Shown piece by piece: positions 1 through 8,967 of a stretch of DNA of 22,531 nt. Within the stretch, counting starts at the first letter, position 1, and each line of letters begins with the position of its first letter. This DNA is from Fibrobacterales bacterium (GTDB taxonomy: Bacteria > Fibrobacterota > Fibrobacteria > Fibrobacterales > JAOPTW01): assembly GCA_051532055.1 (NCBI GenBank), contig JAOPTX010000039.1, positions 1 through 22,531 on the forward strand, in the 5' to 3' direction. The translations under genes were made by a program, and so were the position numbers. The notes beneath the pieces were generated by a model. The model had not been told where the DNA came from. It did no database searches and saw only the letters and a program-made list of their open reading frames with translations.

Positions 1-1526
1 GGGAGTCGTATTTCTGCGGCTATCTTATTGCAAAAATCAGGGAGCAGGCTTCTGCCGTCCATACGTTCTGGCCTTGCCCCCAGCCCCAAGAGGATAGTTC
101 GAGTCCACCGTTCCAAGATAGTTCTATAGGTCTTGGCAGTCGCATGGTGTGCTTCATCCACAATGATATAGTCATAATAGTCATAGCCCACATTCTGTTC
201 GAAAAACTCTTTTTGAGAGTCAAAGGTCTGTACCGAGATAAAGAGATGATCAAGGTCTCCCTTGTTGGGTTGGCTCCCTCCCACCCAGAGTTGCCCAAAG
301 TCACTATGCTCTACTCCCAGTACCGACCGAAAGGTTCCCCGTGCCTGTTTGAGGATCTCTGCCCGGTGTGCGATAAAGAGGAGCTTTGCCTTTCCGGTAT
401 TCTCTTTGCGATATCGTTTATAGTCGAAGGCCGAAATGACTGTTTTACCGGTACCCGTTGCCGATACTACCAAGTTACGAAAGTGGTCATGTTCGGTTCG
501 CTCGACACTCATTTTTTCGAGCACTTCTTTTTGAAAGGGATACGGTGCTATCTGAAGGTAATAGTTGCGTTCGTGGTCTTTTACGGCAAGTCCATTAAAC
601 TCAGAGCGTACCTTCTCTGCAGAGAGTGCCTTTTTGAATCGTTCTATACCGCCCAGCTCAAAGTCTTCGAACTCATTGCTGTTCCAATAGTGATCGAAGG
701 TTGCTTTTGCCTTTTCAATAATATGGAGGTTCTCTTGTGACGTCACCCGAAGGTTCCATTCTAATCCTTTGGTCAGTGCAGAGCGTGACATATTGGATGA
801 TCCGATATACGCGGTATCGTACTCCGTATCTCGTTCAAAGATATAGCTCTTAGCATGGAGTCGTTCATGGGTCGTATTGTAGGAGATCTTGATCTTGGTA
901 TTGGGGAGTCGTGAGAGAAAGTCCAAAGCGCGGGCTTCCGTTGCCCCCATATAGGTTGTGGTAATAATCCGTATCTCTACATCATCTCGATGGCTTATCT
1001 CTCTGAGTATTTTTTCGAAAATTACGAGGCCCGACCAACGGATGAAGGACACTATCAGATAAATTCTATTAGCCGAGAGCATGTCTCTCTCAATCTCGGT
1101 ATCTATAGATATATCGGAGTTACTTCCCGTAAACAGTGTACTGGTAGTCAGTCCTGTTTGGGGGAGTTTTCTTTGGACCTCTGCTTTGAGTTGTAGATCG
1201 GTCTTCCCCAGTTTATTGAGAAGTGCGTAGAGGATGTTGCTCTCTTGGATTTTCATTTCGTCTGCAACGTCGAGAGAGAGTTTTTGATCGACGTATTGGA
1301 TGAGGTCATTGCAGAAGGTTATCTGGTGTTCTATGTCACTGCCGTTCTCTTGCTGGACTTTTAAGGCGAGGTGGAGGACTTTTATTATGTGGTTGGAGAG
1401 GATGGTTACGGCTTGGGATTTATCTACGGGCTTTTGATCTTTGTAGTAGGTATCGCATTCAGTGCTCTGTAGCTTTTTTGCTATGGAGTGGGTTATGAGG
1501 GTTTCGTAGATTCCTGGGGCGAGCAT
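1..1526 (-). CDS. PLD-family nuclease + SF2 DEAH helicase (DUF3427-type restriction-like protein), 3'-truncated by the window edge
   Basis: Absent from the ORF track because no stop lies in the window. Manual translation from ATG at 1526 gives MLAPGIYETLITHSIAKKL...VSFIRWSGL...ITTTYMGATE...RLHAKSYIF...AYIGSSNMSRSALTKGLEWN (PLD HxK...GSxN...E), LVVSATGTGKT (Walker A), AHRAEI, IVDEAHH, PERMDG and IAAEIRL. HAK, Walker A, DEAH and PERMDG were confirmed in frame with the ATG. The DUF3427 domain itself would lie outside the window. Confidence 0.88.
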   Translation of the reverse strand, partial: MLAPGIYETLITHSIAKKLQSTECDTYYKDQKPVDKSQAVTILSNHIIKVLHLALKVQQENGSDIEHQITFCNDLIQYVDQKLSLDVADEMKIQESNILYALLNKLGKTDLQLKAEVQRKLPQTGLTTSTLFTGSNSDISIDTEIERDMLSANRIYLIVSFIRWSGLVIFEKILREISHRDDVEIRIITTTYMGATEARALDFLSRLPNTKIKISYNTTHERLHAKSYIFERDTEYDTAYIGSSNMSRSALTKGLEWNLRVTSQENLHIIEKAKATFDHYWNSNEFEDFELGGIERFKKALSAEKVRSEFNGLAVKDHERNYYLQIAPYPFQKEVLEKMSVERTEHDHFRNLVVSATGTGKTVISAFDYKRYRKENTGKAKLLFIAHRAEILKQARGTFRSVLGVEHSDFGQLWVGGSQPNKGDLDHLFISVQTFDSQKEFFEQNVGYDYYDYIIVDEAHHATAKTYRTILERWTRTILLGLGARPERMDGRSLLPDFCNKIAAEIRL

Positions 1527-1633
1527 GTAGTGTCTGGGTTAAGGGGTTGTGGGGAATATAGTATTTGAGGGGGTGGGGTTTTGTTTCATTTGATAATTAC
1601 AATATAGAAACAGGAAAAAGGTTTATGAAATTG

Positions 1634-1652
1634 CTCAGGTTTGTGACCTGAG
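1634..1652. terminator. Perfect 7-bp hairpin downstream of the DRT3 ncRNA; possible terminator or processing stem
   Basis: CTCAGGT-ttgtg-ACCTGAG. On the minus strand it is followed by caatttc, only a weak U-tract. Confidence 0.3.
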
Positions 1653-1679
1653 ATATACAGTGATCTTCCACCATAATAT

Positions 1680-1826
1680 ATGCTGGCCTTACGTCTATGT
1701 GTGTGCAGAATTAACTGCTCTCATTCGCTCAACTTCTCAAACCGTCGCTTGTGAAGGGTATTGCTTTAAGTATATCAGCCATTTACTACAAGTAGCATAA
1801 GACTGCAGAAACGTAAGGCACAGCAT
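1680..1826 (-). ncRNA. DRT3-associated structured ncRNA with ACACAC template tract
   Basis: Begins immediately after the drt3b stop. Ends pair: 1680-1694 (atgctggccttacgt) with 1811-1826 (acgtaaggcacagcat), 15 bp with one bulge. Internal hairpins at 1784-1797, 1733-1756 and 1705-1718. The minus strand reads GCAG-UUAAUU-CUGC-ACACACA-UAG-ACGUAAGGCCAGCAU. Confidence 0.8.
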
Positions 1827-3773
1827 TTAATACGCCTGAAGAATAACTTTCTTTTCTATGCAATTCAAGAGATTGACCTCATCCCAATCAATAAACCATT
1901 TGTTTTTTTTCAAATATTGCAATTCTTTTTCAATTTTATCATTTGTGTACTTACCAATGTATTCTAGATGTATTTTCTTTAAAAGTTTTGTTTTTAATGA
2001 GTCATCTAAATATGGACAAGTTAAAGTGTCTAAAATGAAATAACAGGACTCAGCATGTTGCATCATATTATTTGAATGTTCTAAATCACTTGTAACTTTC
2101 TTTATAAGTACTTTTTTCAATCCAATATATTGTTTATCATTTTTAATGTAGAACAGAATACTCATTGCTTCAAAATACGATATTGAGGGCCTGTCTATGA
2201 AAAAGAGGGCATGTATAAAGTTTGAAGATAACAAATACTTTTCCCCTAGTGTTGACAACCCTAATATAATATTAATTTTCTCTAAAGGAATTGCTTCTTC
2301 AGTATGATTATTAGAGGCAAATACCTGTTGTTTTAAAACAAGAATGGCATGGTCTAAAATACACTGTTTGATCGTGTCAATCTCTTCCGGAAAATATTTA
2401 GCAAAATATTTTGGTACAACAAGCATAGCTTGGCAAAGTTTATATGAAGAATTCACCGTAGGGTTAATAGAATATATATAGAACATAACGTCTAACAATA
2501 TTCGAATATTGTCTCTATAAACTAATACTCCTTTTTCCCCTACAAAATATGGTTCGTGCGATAAAATTCTATCCAGTCTATTTGTAAAAGCACTAATCAA
2601 ATAGCCCCCAGCAATTTGAATTCCATTTTCTATGTTATAACATCTCGATTTGATAGTATTAATAAGGCTATGTTTTAATTTATTATAATGAAATATTCTT
2701 TTAAGTCTGAGTTGTTTTTCCTCGTCAAGTTCACTTACTTTGTTGTAAAATTCAGAAATATCATTTTTTAAAAAATGTATCAAATTTGACTGAAGTGAAA
2801 AGAAAGGACGTTCATATAAAACTGATTTACTTTCGTTAATATGATAATTATATCGCAATAAACAACTTCGAATCGTGTCTTTGATCAATTTAATTTCTGC
2901 ATCAGTATTAGCAAAAATAAAAAAATCATCTACATATCTTTTGAAAGAGTAATTCTCATTATACTCCAACCCTTTTTCCACAAGTCTAGACATTATGTCA
3001 GTATCAATACTTTGGAGAATTATTTCTGAGAAAATCCTACTTATCTCTGGCCCAATAACAATCCCATTAGTTTCTTTATAGTTAATGTCTTGCATTAACT
3101 CATCAAATGAATTCACAAAGCTAGATGAAGAATTAAGATTGTGCTTAATGAATTCTTTTGAGCGAACTGCCCATGCAATACTATGAGTGTAAATACTGTG
3201 AAAAAATTTAGTTATATCAATTTTGTAATATTTTGAATACCGTTTCTCTAACAATAAAAATTCTTCTGAATTGAAAAATTTATAGAGTCTATTATATCCA
3301 CGATAGGCAAAATATGAAGATGGATGCCTTGATAATGCATCTTCTATTTTTGTATCAACTAAATCAGATTTATATTTCCCACTTTCCGAATAAGGATTAT
3401 TTACAAATGACATTGAACCAATTTTCTCTGGAGCACGAATCGAAGCTTCGCTAACACTTGCAAAATGACAAATCAGGTTTTCAAATTTTGAATAAAATTC
3501 TATACACTGTATTTGATTTTTAGGGTGTATTAATGAAAGGTGACGCAAACTATCTGGCCCATTTTTAATTGAATAGCCAAATGGTTTTGAATAGCGCTTA
3601 AAATTATTTTTCGAATTAATGCCTGCCAATATTTTATACAGAAATGAATATTTATGCTTTATTTGAAAATAAAACCCTTCATTCGAAAAATTGACTGGCA
3701 CTTCAAAGGGGAAGGATTCAGACAAAACAACCCTTTCAGCATCACCTCTATTTATATGAACTTTTTTAGCCAT
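1827..3773 (-). CDS. drt3b: Antiviral reverse transcriptase Drt3b (UG8 class)
   Basis: 648 aa. N-terminal ERVVLSESFPFEVP, RHLSLIHP, KIDITKFFHSIYTHSIAWAV, ETNGIVIGPEISRIFSEIILQ, RYVDDFFIF (Y280-D283), long helical C-terminus ending WFIDW...QAY. Overlaps a second RT gene by 8 nt. Confidence 0.92.
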   Translation of the reverse strand: MAKKVHINRGDAERVVLSESFPFEVPVNFSNEGFYFQIKHKYSFLYKILAGINSKNNFKRYSKPFGYSIKNGPDSLRHLSLIHPKNQIQCIEFYSKFENLICHFASVSEASIRAPEKIGSMSFVNNPYSESGKYKSDLVDTKIEDALSRHPSSYFAYRGYNRLYKFFNSEEFLLLEKRYSKYYKIDITKFFHSIYTHSIAWAVRSKEFIKHNLNSSSSFVNSFDELMQDINYKETNGIVIGPEISRIFSEIILQSIDTDIMSRLVEKGLEYNENYSFKRYVDDFFIFANTDAEIKLIKDTIRSCLLRYNYHINESKSVLYERPFFSLQSNLIHFLKNDISEFYNKVSELDEEKQLRLKRIFHYNKLKHSLINTIKSRCYNIENGIQIAGGYLISAFTNRLDRILSHEPYFVGEKGVLVYRDNIRILLDVMFYIYSINPTVNSSYKLCQAMLVVPKYFAKYFPEEIDTIKQCILDHAILVLKQQVFASNNHTEEAIPLEKINIILGLSTLGEKYLLSSNFIHALFFIDRPSISYFEAMSILFYIKNDKQYIGLKKVLIKKVTSDLEHSNNMMQHAESCYFILDTLTCPYLDDSLKTKLLKKIHLEYIGKYTNDKIEKELQYLKKNKWFIDWDEVNLLNCIEKKVILQAY

Positions 3774-4977
3774 TAGCCCAACAACCCCTGATTTTATACA
3801 ATTCAGTAGTACTGAATTTATAATATATTTTTTCTTGGAAACCTTTTGAAAAGGAATATTTCAGTAGATTTCGTTTTTTAGTGTCGCTGAGTTCTTCTGG
3901 AATGCCAACATATTTTCTACAACTTGTTAAAATTGTTGCCTTCAAAAATCTATCTAAACATTCAAGGCAAGTAAAATCATTAACATATTTATAATTAAAA
4001 TATATCCCTGTATTTATGTTCTTATCCATCTCTCTATTAAATACTGCATAATTACTAGTTATCATTTTAATTCTATCTTCAAGCAATTCAAAGTCGGGTT
4101 GTTGATAATATGAATAGAATGATTTTATAATTTTGGTCTTAAATTTATTGATTTTTTTTGGTGAAATAGAAATAGAAACTTTTCTAGAAGAGTCTTTGTT
4201 TGTATGGTTTGACGCCTTAAAGTGATAACCTAAATATTCAAACTCTGAAAACAGTTCTTTTTTCTTGTTTGAAACTACATCAGATACCAATGTAGCAGTA
4301 CATTTTTTATTATTGTATTGCAAACCATTTGGCAGCTTATATTGTTTTTTAAATAGCCTTAAATCTCTATTATCATTCAACAAAACAATAATATCATCAA
4401 CAAATCTTGAATGGAAAAAAACATTTTTATCTGTTGAAATTGAGTCATCATATTTTGACAAAATATATTCACCAAGAACAGCACTTACGGACAACCCTCT
4501 TGGCAACCCTTTAAATCCCTTACTTGAATAAAAATCAAAAACCGATTTTAATAGATCAACAGTTGTCCTTGAGATAGTAGGGTCATTGTGAAATATTTCA
4601 ATAATTGACTCCACATTTACTGATTCATAAAAACTCTTTATGTCCAGTCTTACAATTGTGTATGGATAATCTTCACATATTAGATTTATTAAATTGGATA
4701 CAATTATGTCTCTATTTTGTTGTTTCGCTCTTGTTACATTCTTCAAGTTTGAAGCAATCTTTCTTAGAACTAATTTATCGGATAATCTTTCAGGGTGATG
4801 TACACTTTTCCCATTCCGCTTGTGCATTAAAGAAACATACGAATCGTTAAAACCTGATTTTGATCTTTCAACAGCCAAAGAGACTATAGCATCTACTTCC
4901 TTAAATATTTCCACATCAAAATCACCGTTTCTGAAGCAGTTTCTTAAAGCTCGATCTGTAAATGACTGTCTGATCAT
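3766..4977 (-). CDS. drt3a: Antiviral reverse transcriptase Drt3a (UG3 class)
   Basis: 403 aa. RT motifs RLDIKSFYES, GLPRGLSVSAVLGE, RFVDDIIV, FEYLGYHF, plus C-terminal DRIKMITSN...GIYFNY typical of Drt3a. Its stop overlaps the drt3b start (ATGGCTAA). Confidence 0.92.
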   Translation of the reverse strand: MIRQSFTDRALRNCFRNGDFDVEIFKEVDAIVSLAVERSKSGFNDSYVSLMHKRNGKSVHHPERLSDKLVLRKIASNLKNVTRAKQQNRDIIVSNLINLICEDYPYTIVRLDIKSFYESVNVESIIEIFHNDPTISRTTVDLLKSVFDFYSSKGFKGLPRGLSVSAVLGEYILSKYDDSISTDKNVFFHSRFVDDIIVLLNDNRDLRLFKKQYKLPNGLQYNNKKCTATLVSDVVSNKKKELFSEFEYLGYHFKASNHTNKDSSRKVSISISPKKINKFKTKIIKSFYSYYQQPDFELLEDRIKMITSNYAVFNREMDKNINTGIYFNYKYVNDFTCLECLDRFLKATILTSCRKYVGIPEELSDTKKRNLLKYSFSKGFQEKIYYKFSTTELYKIRGCWANG

Positions 4978-5148
4978 TAAATTCGTAGTCCCAAAGTTTA
5001 GAATATTTGCAAATAGAATTTAAAAATAATTCTGACATATATTACATTTATATAACTCTTAGCACTAAAAAGAAACTTCTGTTTCAAATCAATTCGTGCA
5101 TTAAATTATGTTAGACTAAGACGGGCCATTTCAATTAAACGGTTAGGA

Positions 5149-6423
5149 TCATACAACTTTTTTGAACTTGCCAAAATCATATTTATCTAATAAGTCATTA
5201 AACTCTACGGCTGATATCTTTTCATTCTGGCTAATTGCAGCAATAAAACCTTCCAGCTTGTAATTCTCTCTTATTTGACCATTTTCACTAAATACCTGAA
5301 CAATTTTTTCAACTTGACCTTTATCAAAATCAGAATAGAAAGTTTTAATTATTGGGTAATATTCATCAACTTCTTTAAATGATTTTGTCATTTCAAGTAA
5401 TTCAATTAACCTATCACACCATTCACTTGGTATGAAAAACATATTGTGATTTAGAAATTCAGATTTTGTAATTCTCGCAATTCTAAATTTAGCGCTCTCC
5501 TGCAACTCTGCCACGTCTATCAAGTCATATAACTCATCTAAATCTTTGGACGGCATAGTTCTTGTAAATTGTTGATATTTTTGTTTTACATCATCATCCA
5601 AAAATAACCAAAAATTTGAAATAGAGCAGATAAGCTCTGTAGCTTTATGAAATGAAATATCATCCAATTTCTTAATTAAGGTTGAGATATTCTGGTCAAA
5701 TGTTTTATCATATACATCTTTACGCAATACCTCTATTGCTTCTAATGCGTACATACATCTTAATGTTAATTTATAATCAACTTCTTCAAACAGTATCTTC
5801 TTTAATAATATTATGATAAAGTTTCTAACTAAACTAATTCTTGCATTATTAAATGGGCTATGAGTTAAAGCTACAACAGCTTTCTCGAGCTTTGTTGGGA
5901 AGTATTCTGATTCAACCTCTTTAATCAAAATATTCAAAGCATTTTTACCTTGTGCTGGAGGATATCTTAATAAGGTGTTAATCGCTGTTAAGATATGGAC
6001 CCTAGCCAACTCAGCGGGCGGATTAAATATCTCACCGTCAATATTCATAGATGGGTGAGCACATCTGTGCCTATCCTGAAATATTCTATCAAGGTCAATA
6101 AATTCAATAGAAGAAATCAATTCCAATTTATCCTTAGCAATTGTTAATATATTCCTCTCTAATTCAAGTGATTTAGAAATATCACCGGTGTCTTTTGCAT
6201 CTTCAAATTTTTGATATTGAACAATACCTTCTGGATCCTCAGCCAAAGAGAGTTCTTTTAATTTCTCAATTAAATCGAAAACCACTGCTATCCATGTGGA
6301 AACTATTGCAGACCTAAAAGCTCCAGCCTTATAGCACAAAATAGCTTCATTGATATATTTTTTTGCTTTCTCATCTCTACATTTTAATACCAATTCATCC
6401 AAATCCGACAAAAACGATGCCAT
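5149..6423 (-). CDS. HEPN-like (RxxxxH) domain protein with helical C-terminus; putative defence RNase
   Basis: 424 aa. N-terminal YINEAILCYKAGAFRSAIVSTWIAVVFD helix and DRHRCAHP (Rx4H) motif resemble DUF4145/HEPN-type domains. Confidence 0.6.
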   Translation of the reverse strand: MASFLSDLDELVLKCRDEKAKKYINEAILCYKAGAFRSAIVSTWIAVVFDLIEKLKELSLAEDPEGIVQYQKFEDAKDTGDISKSLELERNILTIAKDKLELISSIEFIDLDRIFQDRHRCAHPSMNIDGEIFNPPAELARVHILTAINTLLRYPPAQGKNALNILIKEVESEYFPTKLEKAVVALTHSPFNNARISLVRNFIIILLKKILFEEVDYKLTLRCMYALEAIEVLRKDVYDKTFDQNISTLIKKLDDISFHKATELICSISNFWLFLDDDVKQKYQQFTRTMPSKDLDELYDLIDVAELQESAKFRIARITKSEFLNHNMFFIPSEWCDRLIELLEMTKSFKEVDEYYPIIKTFYSDFDKGQVEKIVQVFSENGQIRENYKLEGFIAAISQNEKISAVEFNDLLDKYDFGKFKKVV

Positions 6424-6745
6424 ATTCTTATTCCTTTGCCATTGACAATAGTACAGTTTACGTTAAACAAAATATAACAATCGAATCTAATAAAACAGAG
6501 TCAATTGGAAGACGGCACCAACGATGTAAATAAATTTCATTGATCGTTCCTATCATATATCACTATAAACTTTTTGGGGATTACGAAGTATTTTTATACG
6601 CAGCGCATCGAAAAAACATTACACATTACGGCTGTTATAATAACTATCTGTGAATCTTTTCCCTGAATGTAACTTATCATAAAGAATTGCCCGCTTATTT
6701 TTAAATTGCAATTGCCCAGAATACATGGATGCTGGAGGACCGCAC

Positions 6746-7936
6746 TTAAATTTTAACGATCAGTTCCTTAAACGCTACAGACATTTCTGACACATTTTGA
6801 AATCTTTTCGATTCATCAGCTGACATTCCTTTTTCTAAAAATCCTTTGATGTCCGGATTCTTCAATTTTTCAAAATTACTTTTACCCGTTAGAACAAAAA
6901 GTATAACTCTTGTCAATGCGTATGTTTCATGAACCATAGTGTAGCTACTAAACCCCTGTAATAAAAGATTTGGATCATTATATGCACCCTTAATAGAGCT
7001 ATCTACACTAGTCAGAGTATTTTCAGGTGATTTTACTAAGCCAAAATCTGACAGTTTTACTATCAGGGCATCATCGTATTGTTTCAACAAAATATTGGTA
7101 GGGCTAATGTCTCTGTGTAAAATATTTTTTTGTGACAAATAATCGAACGCTTTCAATATTTGCCGAATAATGGCCACACGCCCATGTTTATCAATTTTAT
7201 TATTCCGTTCCAATATATATTTGTGCAAGGTAAAGTCTGCATACTCCATAATATATTCATTCAAGGCCTCAATATACTTATAGACTTCGAGTACATAAGG
7301 TGAATTTATTTTTTTCATAACTAGGAATTCATTCTTGAAACGCTCTATTTCTTTGGCTGACAAATCTTCTTTAATTCGCTTTATGGCAAATATTTTGTCA
7401 TAAAAACTATCGTGAAACATAGATACATTCGCATAGGATCCTCCACCTATTATTTTCCTCGGAAAGCTAAGATCGATGTTCTTGTTAACTACCTCACCGT
7501 AATAATCCAAGAGGAACATTGGAGAGATCTTCATGATATTAATTCGTTCAAAATCGAAGGGTATTTCAGACCCTCCACTAGTTGATAAAAAGGATTTACA
7601 CTCATCTATTTTAGAACCGTAGTAATCGTTTAAAGTAAATGAGCACTCTGAATTCATTAAATTATTTTTTAATTCTAATATATGATCTATAACTTGGATC
7701 AAGTCTCTACTTTCATGAGCAGTATAATGTCCGTTACCTATACGAGAATTTAGATATATAAATAGGTCATTAAGAAACGCATGGAGAATGACAAATATCT
7801 CTTTAAGGTCTTTGTGGCCTACATTCTCATAAATTGGTTGATAGGGAGCAACATGTAAATCATAATTTGAGTATTGACTTACAACATTTACTATGTAGGA
7901 ATCAACAACCTTTTTCTTATTCATCCTCTTCTTCAT
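6746..7936 (-). CDS. Hanks-type Ser/Thr protein kinase with AbiJ-NTD-like N-terminal domain
   Basis: IGGGSYANV Gly-loop, FAIK, RFKNE, IMEYAD, HRDISPTNILL, KLSDFGLVK. The N-terminal ~140 aa (HYTAHESRDLI...CKSFLSTSGGSEIP) resemble the N-terminal domain of abortive-infection proteins. Alternative start at 7924. Confidence 0.85.
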   Translation of the reverse strand: MKKRMNKKKVVDSYIVNVVSQYSNYDLHVAPYQPIYENVGHKDLKEIFVILHAFLNDLFIYLNSRIGNGHYTAHESRDLIQVIDHILELKNNLMNSECSFTLNDYYGSKIDECKSFLSTSGGSEIPFDFERINIMKISPMFLLDYYGEVVNKNIDLSFPRKIIGGGSYANVSMFHDSFYDKIFAIKRIKEDLSAKEIERFKNEFLVMKKINSPYVLEVYKYIEALNEYIMEYADFTLHKYILERNNKIDKHGRVAIIRQILKAFDYLSQKNILHRDISPTNILLKQYDDALIVKLSDFGLVKSPENTLTSVDSSIKGAYNDPNLLLQGFSSYTMVHETYALTRVILFVLTGKSNFEKLKNPDIKGFLEKGMSADESKRFQNVSEMSVAFKELIVKI

Positions 7937-8306
7937 CCTCGTCAGCTAACAAATCATCAAGTATATCGTCAATACCCGCCGCCTGCTCTCTAACCGCTTC
8001 AAAAAGACTATTCAATGCTGGTGAACGGGGAGCATACTCCCAAATCAATACCCCACTATCTTCAATAGCAAGTACAATCTCTACGGACCACGAATAATTA
8101 TCTTCATCAAAGTAGTATCTATATCTTCGTTCATATATGGAAAAATATTTATCCTTATAATAAACACTAAAATACAAAAACACTTCATCATCATTGGCTC
8201 GAATAAGAAACAAGGGAGGGTCAGCACGTTCCCATTCAATTTTGTCTTTATAAGTTGCTTGTAAAAGTTTAACTATTAATTTTTCTGCTTTTTGATCAAC
8301 GTTCAT
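7917..8306 (-). CDS. Hypothetical protein with highly acidic C-terminal tail
   Basis: 129 aa ORF, 1 nt from the upstream gene and overlapping the kinase start. Ends DDILDDLLADEDEEEDE. Confidence 0.7.
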   Translation of the reverse strand: MNVDQKAEKLIVKLLQATYKDKIEWERADPPLFLIRANDDEVFLYFSVYYKDKYFSIYERRYRYYFDEDNYSWSVEIVLAIEDSGVLIWEYAPRSPALNSLFEAVREQAAGIDDILDDLLADEDEEEDE

Positions 8307-8307
8307 A

Positions 8308-8790
8308 TCAATCCCACTTAAAGTCTTTCTCTGACTGTTGTAAAGTAACTACTATAGTGCTTAAATCATGACAAACATCCCAAGCTTGTTCATGAGACAT
8401 TTTATAAAGAGGCTCAGGCATAATGAAATATTTTTTTGGATTTAACTTAGGTATTATATCTGATATAAGCTTTTTTTCTTGCTTGCCGTCTATCTTACTT
8501 GATAACGAATATATCAAGCCTTTACATTTTGTCAAATTTTTCAGAAACTGGTCTTTTTCATCAGAATAATTTTTCACTTGTTTAAACATTAGTTCTGTAA
8601 GTTTAAACAGTTCAGAATTAATTTCTGGCAATCTTGCCTTTTTAATAAATTTCTTCTTTAATCCTTTCGTTTCGACAAGTATCCATATGGTCATTCCTAA
8701 AGCAACAATTGTGGCTAGAACCCCAATATTATTAAACCAATCAGGAGCATTGCCATCGATATTTGAAAAGAGATTTATTAGTATTTCCAT
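8308..8790 (-). CDS. Hypothetical single-pass membrane protein
   Basis: 160 aa. Hydrophobic IGVLATIVALGMTIWILV followed by a basic stretch (KGLKKKFIKKAR) and a helical domain. Confidence 0.7.
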   Translation of the reverse strand: MEILINLFSNIDGNAPDWFNNIGVLATIVALGMTIWILVETKGLKKKFIKKARLPEINSELFKLTELMFKQVKNYSDEKDQFLKNLTKCKGLIYSLSSKIDGKQEKKLISDIIPKLNPKKYFIMPEPLYKMSHEQAWDVCHDLSTIVVTLQQSEKDFKWD

Positions 8791-8967
8791 AAGTTTTAAA
8801 AATTAATAATATAGAATATTATTATGTATATTACATGTTAAATCCCATCTAGCTAGGGCTGCCGGGTGTGTATAGCAGGGCAATACCAAACCACCGAAAG
8901 TAGTCCGGACAAGTGTGACAGCTCACTACAAATTTGCTCTTTAATCAAATTAAAACCATACATAAGA

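Noticed and set aside
20..1196. Track ORFs 20..304 (-), 144..740 (+) and 990..1196 (+)
   Set aside because: They are shadows of the motif-rich PLD-helicase frame running from 1526 off the left edge.
1827..4977. Retron, group II intron, DGR or CRISPR-RT interpretation of the RTs
   Set aside because: No retron VTG motif or upstream msr/msd repeats, no maturase or intron domain V, no TR/VR pair and no cas genes. The tandem UG3/UG8 layout fits DRT3.
5095..5150. attC-like TAAC motifs after the HEPN gene stop (minus strand TCCTAAC, GTCTAAC)
   Set aside because: No matching GTTRRRY arm or extended palindrome, no repetition between other genes, and no integrase.
8874..8915. Resemblance to a c-di-GMP-I riboswitch (cagggcaa...cgaaag...ggac) on the plus strand
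   Set aside because: It lacks the GCAAAGC and P3 elements, pairs poorly on that strand, and is antisense to the flanking genes.
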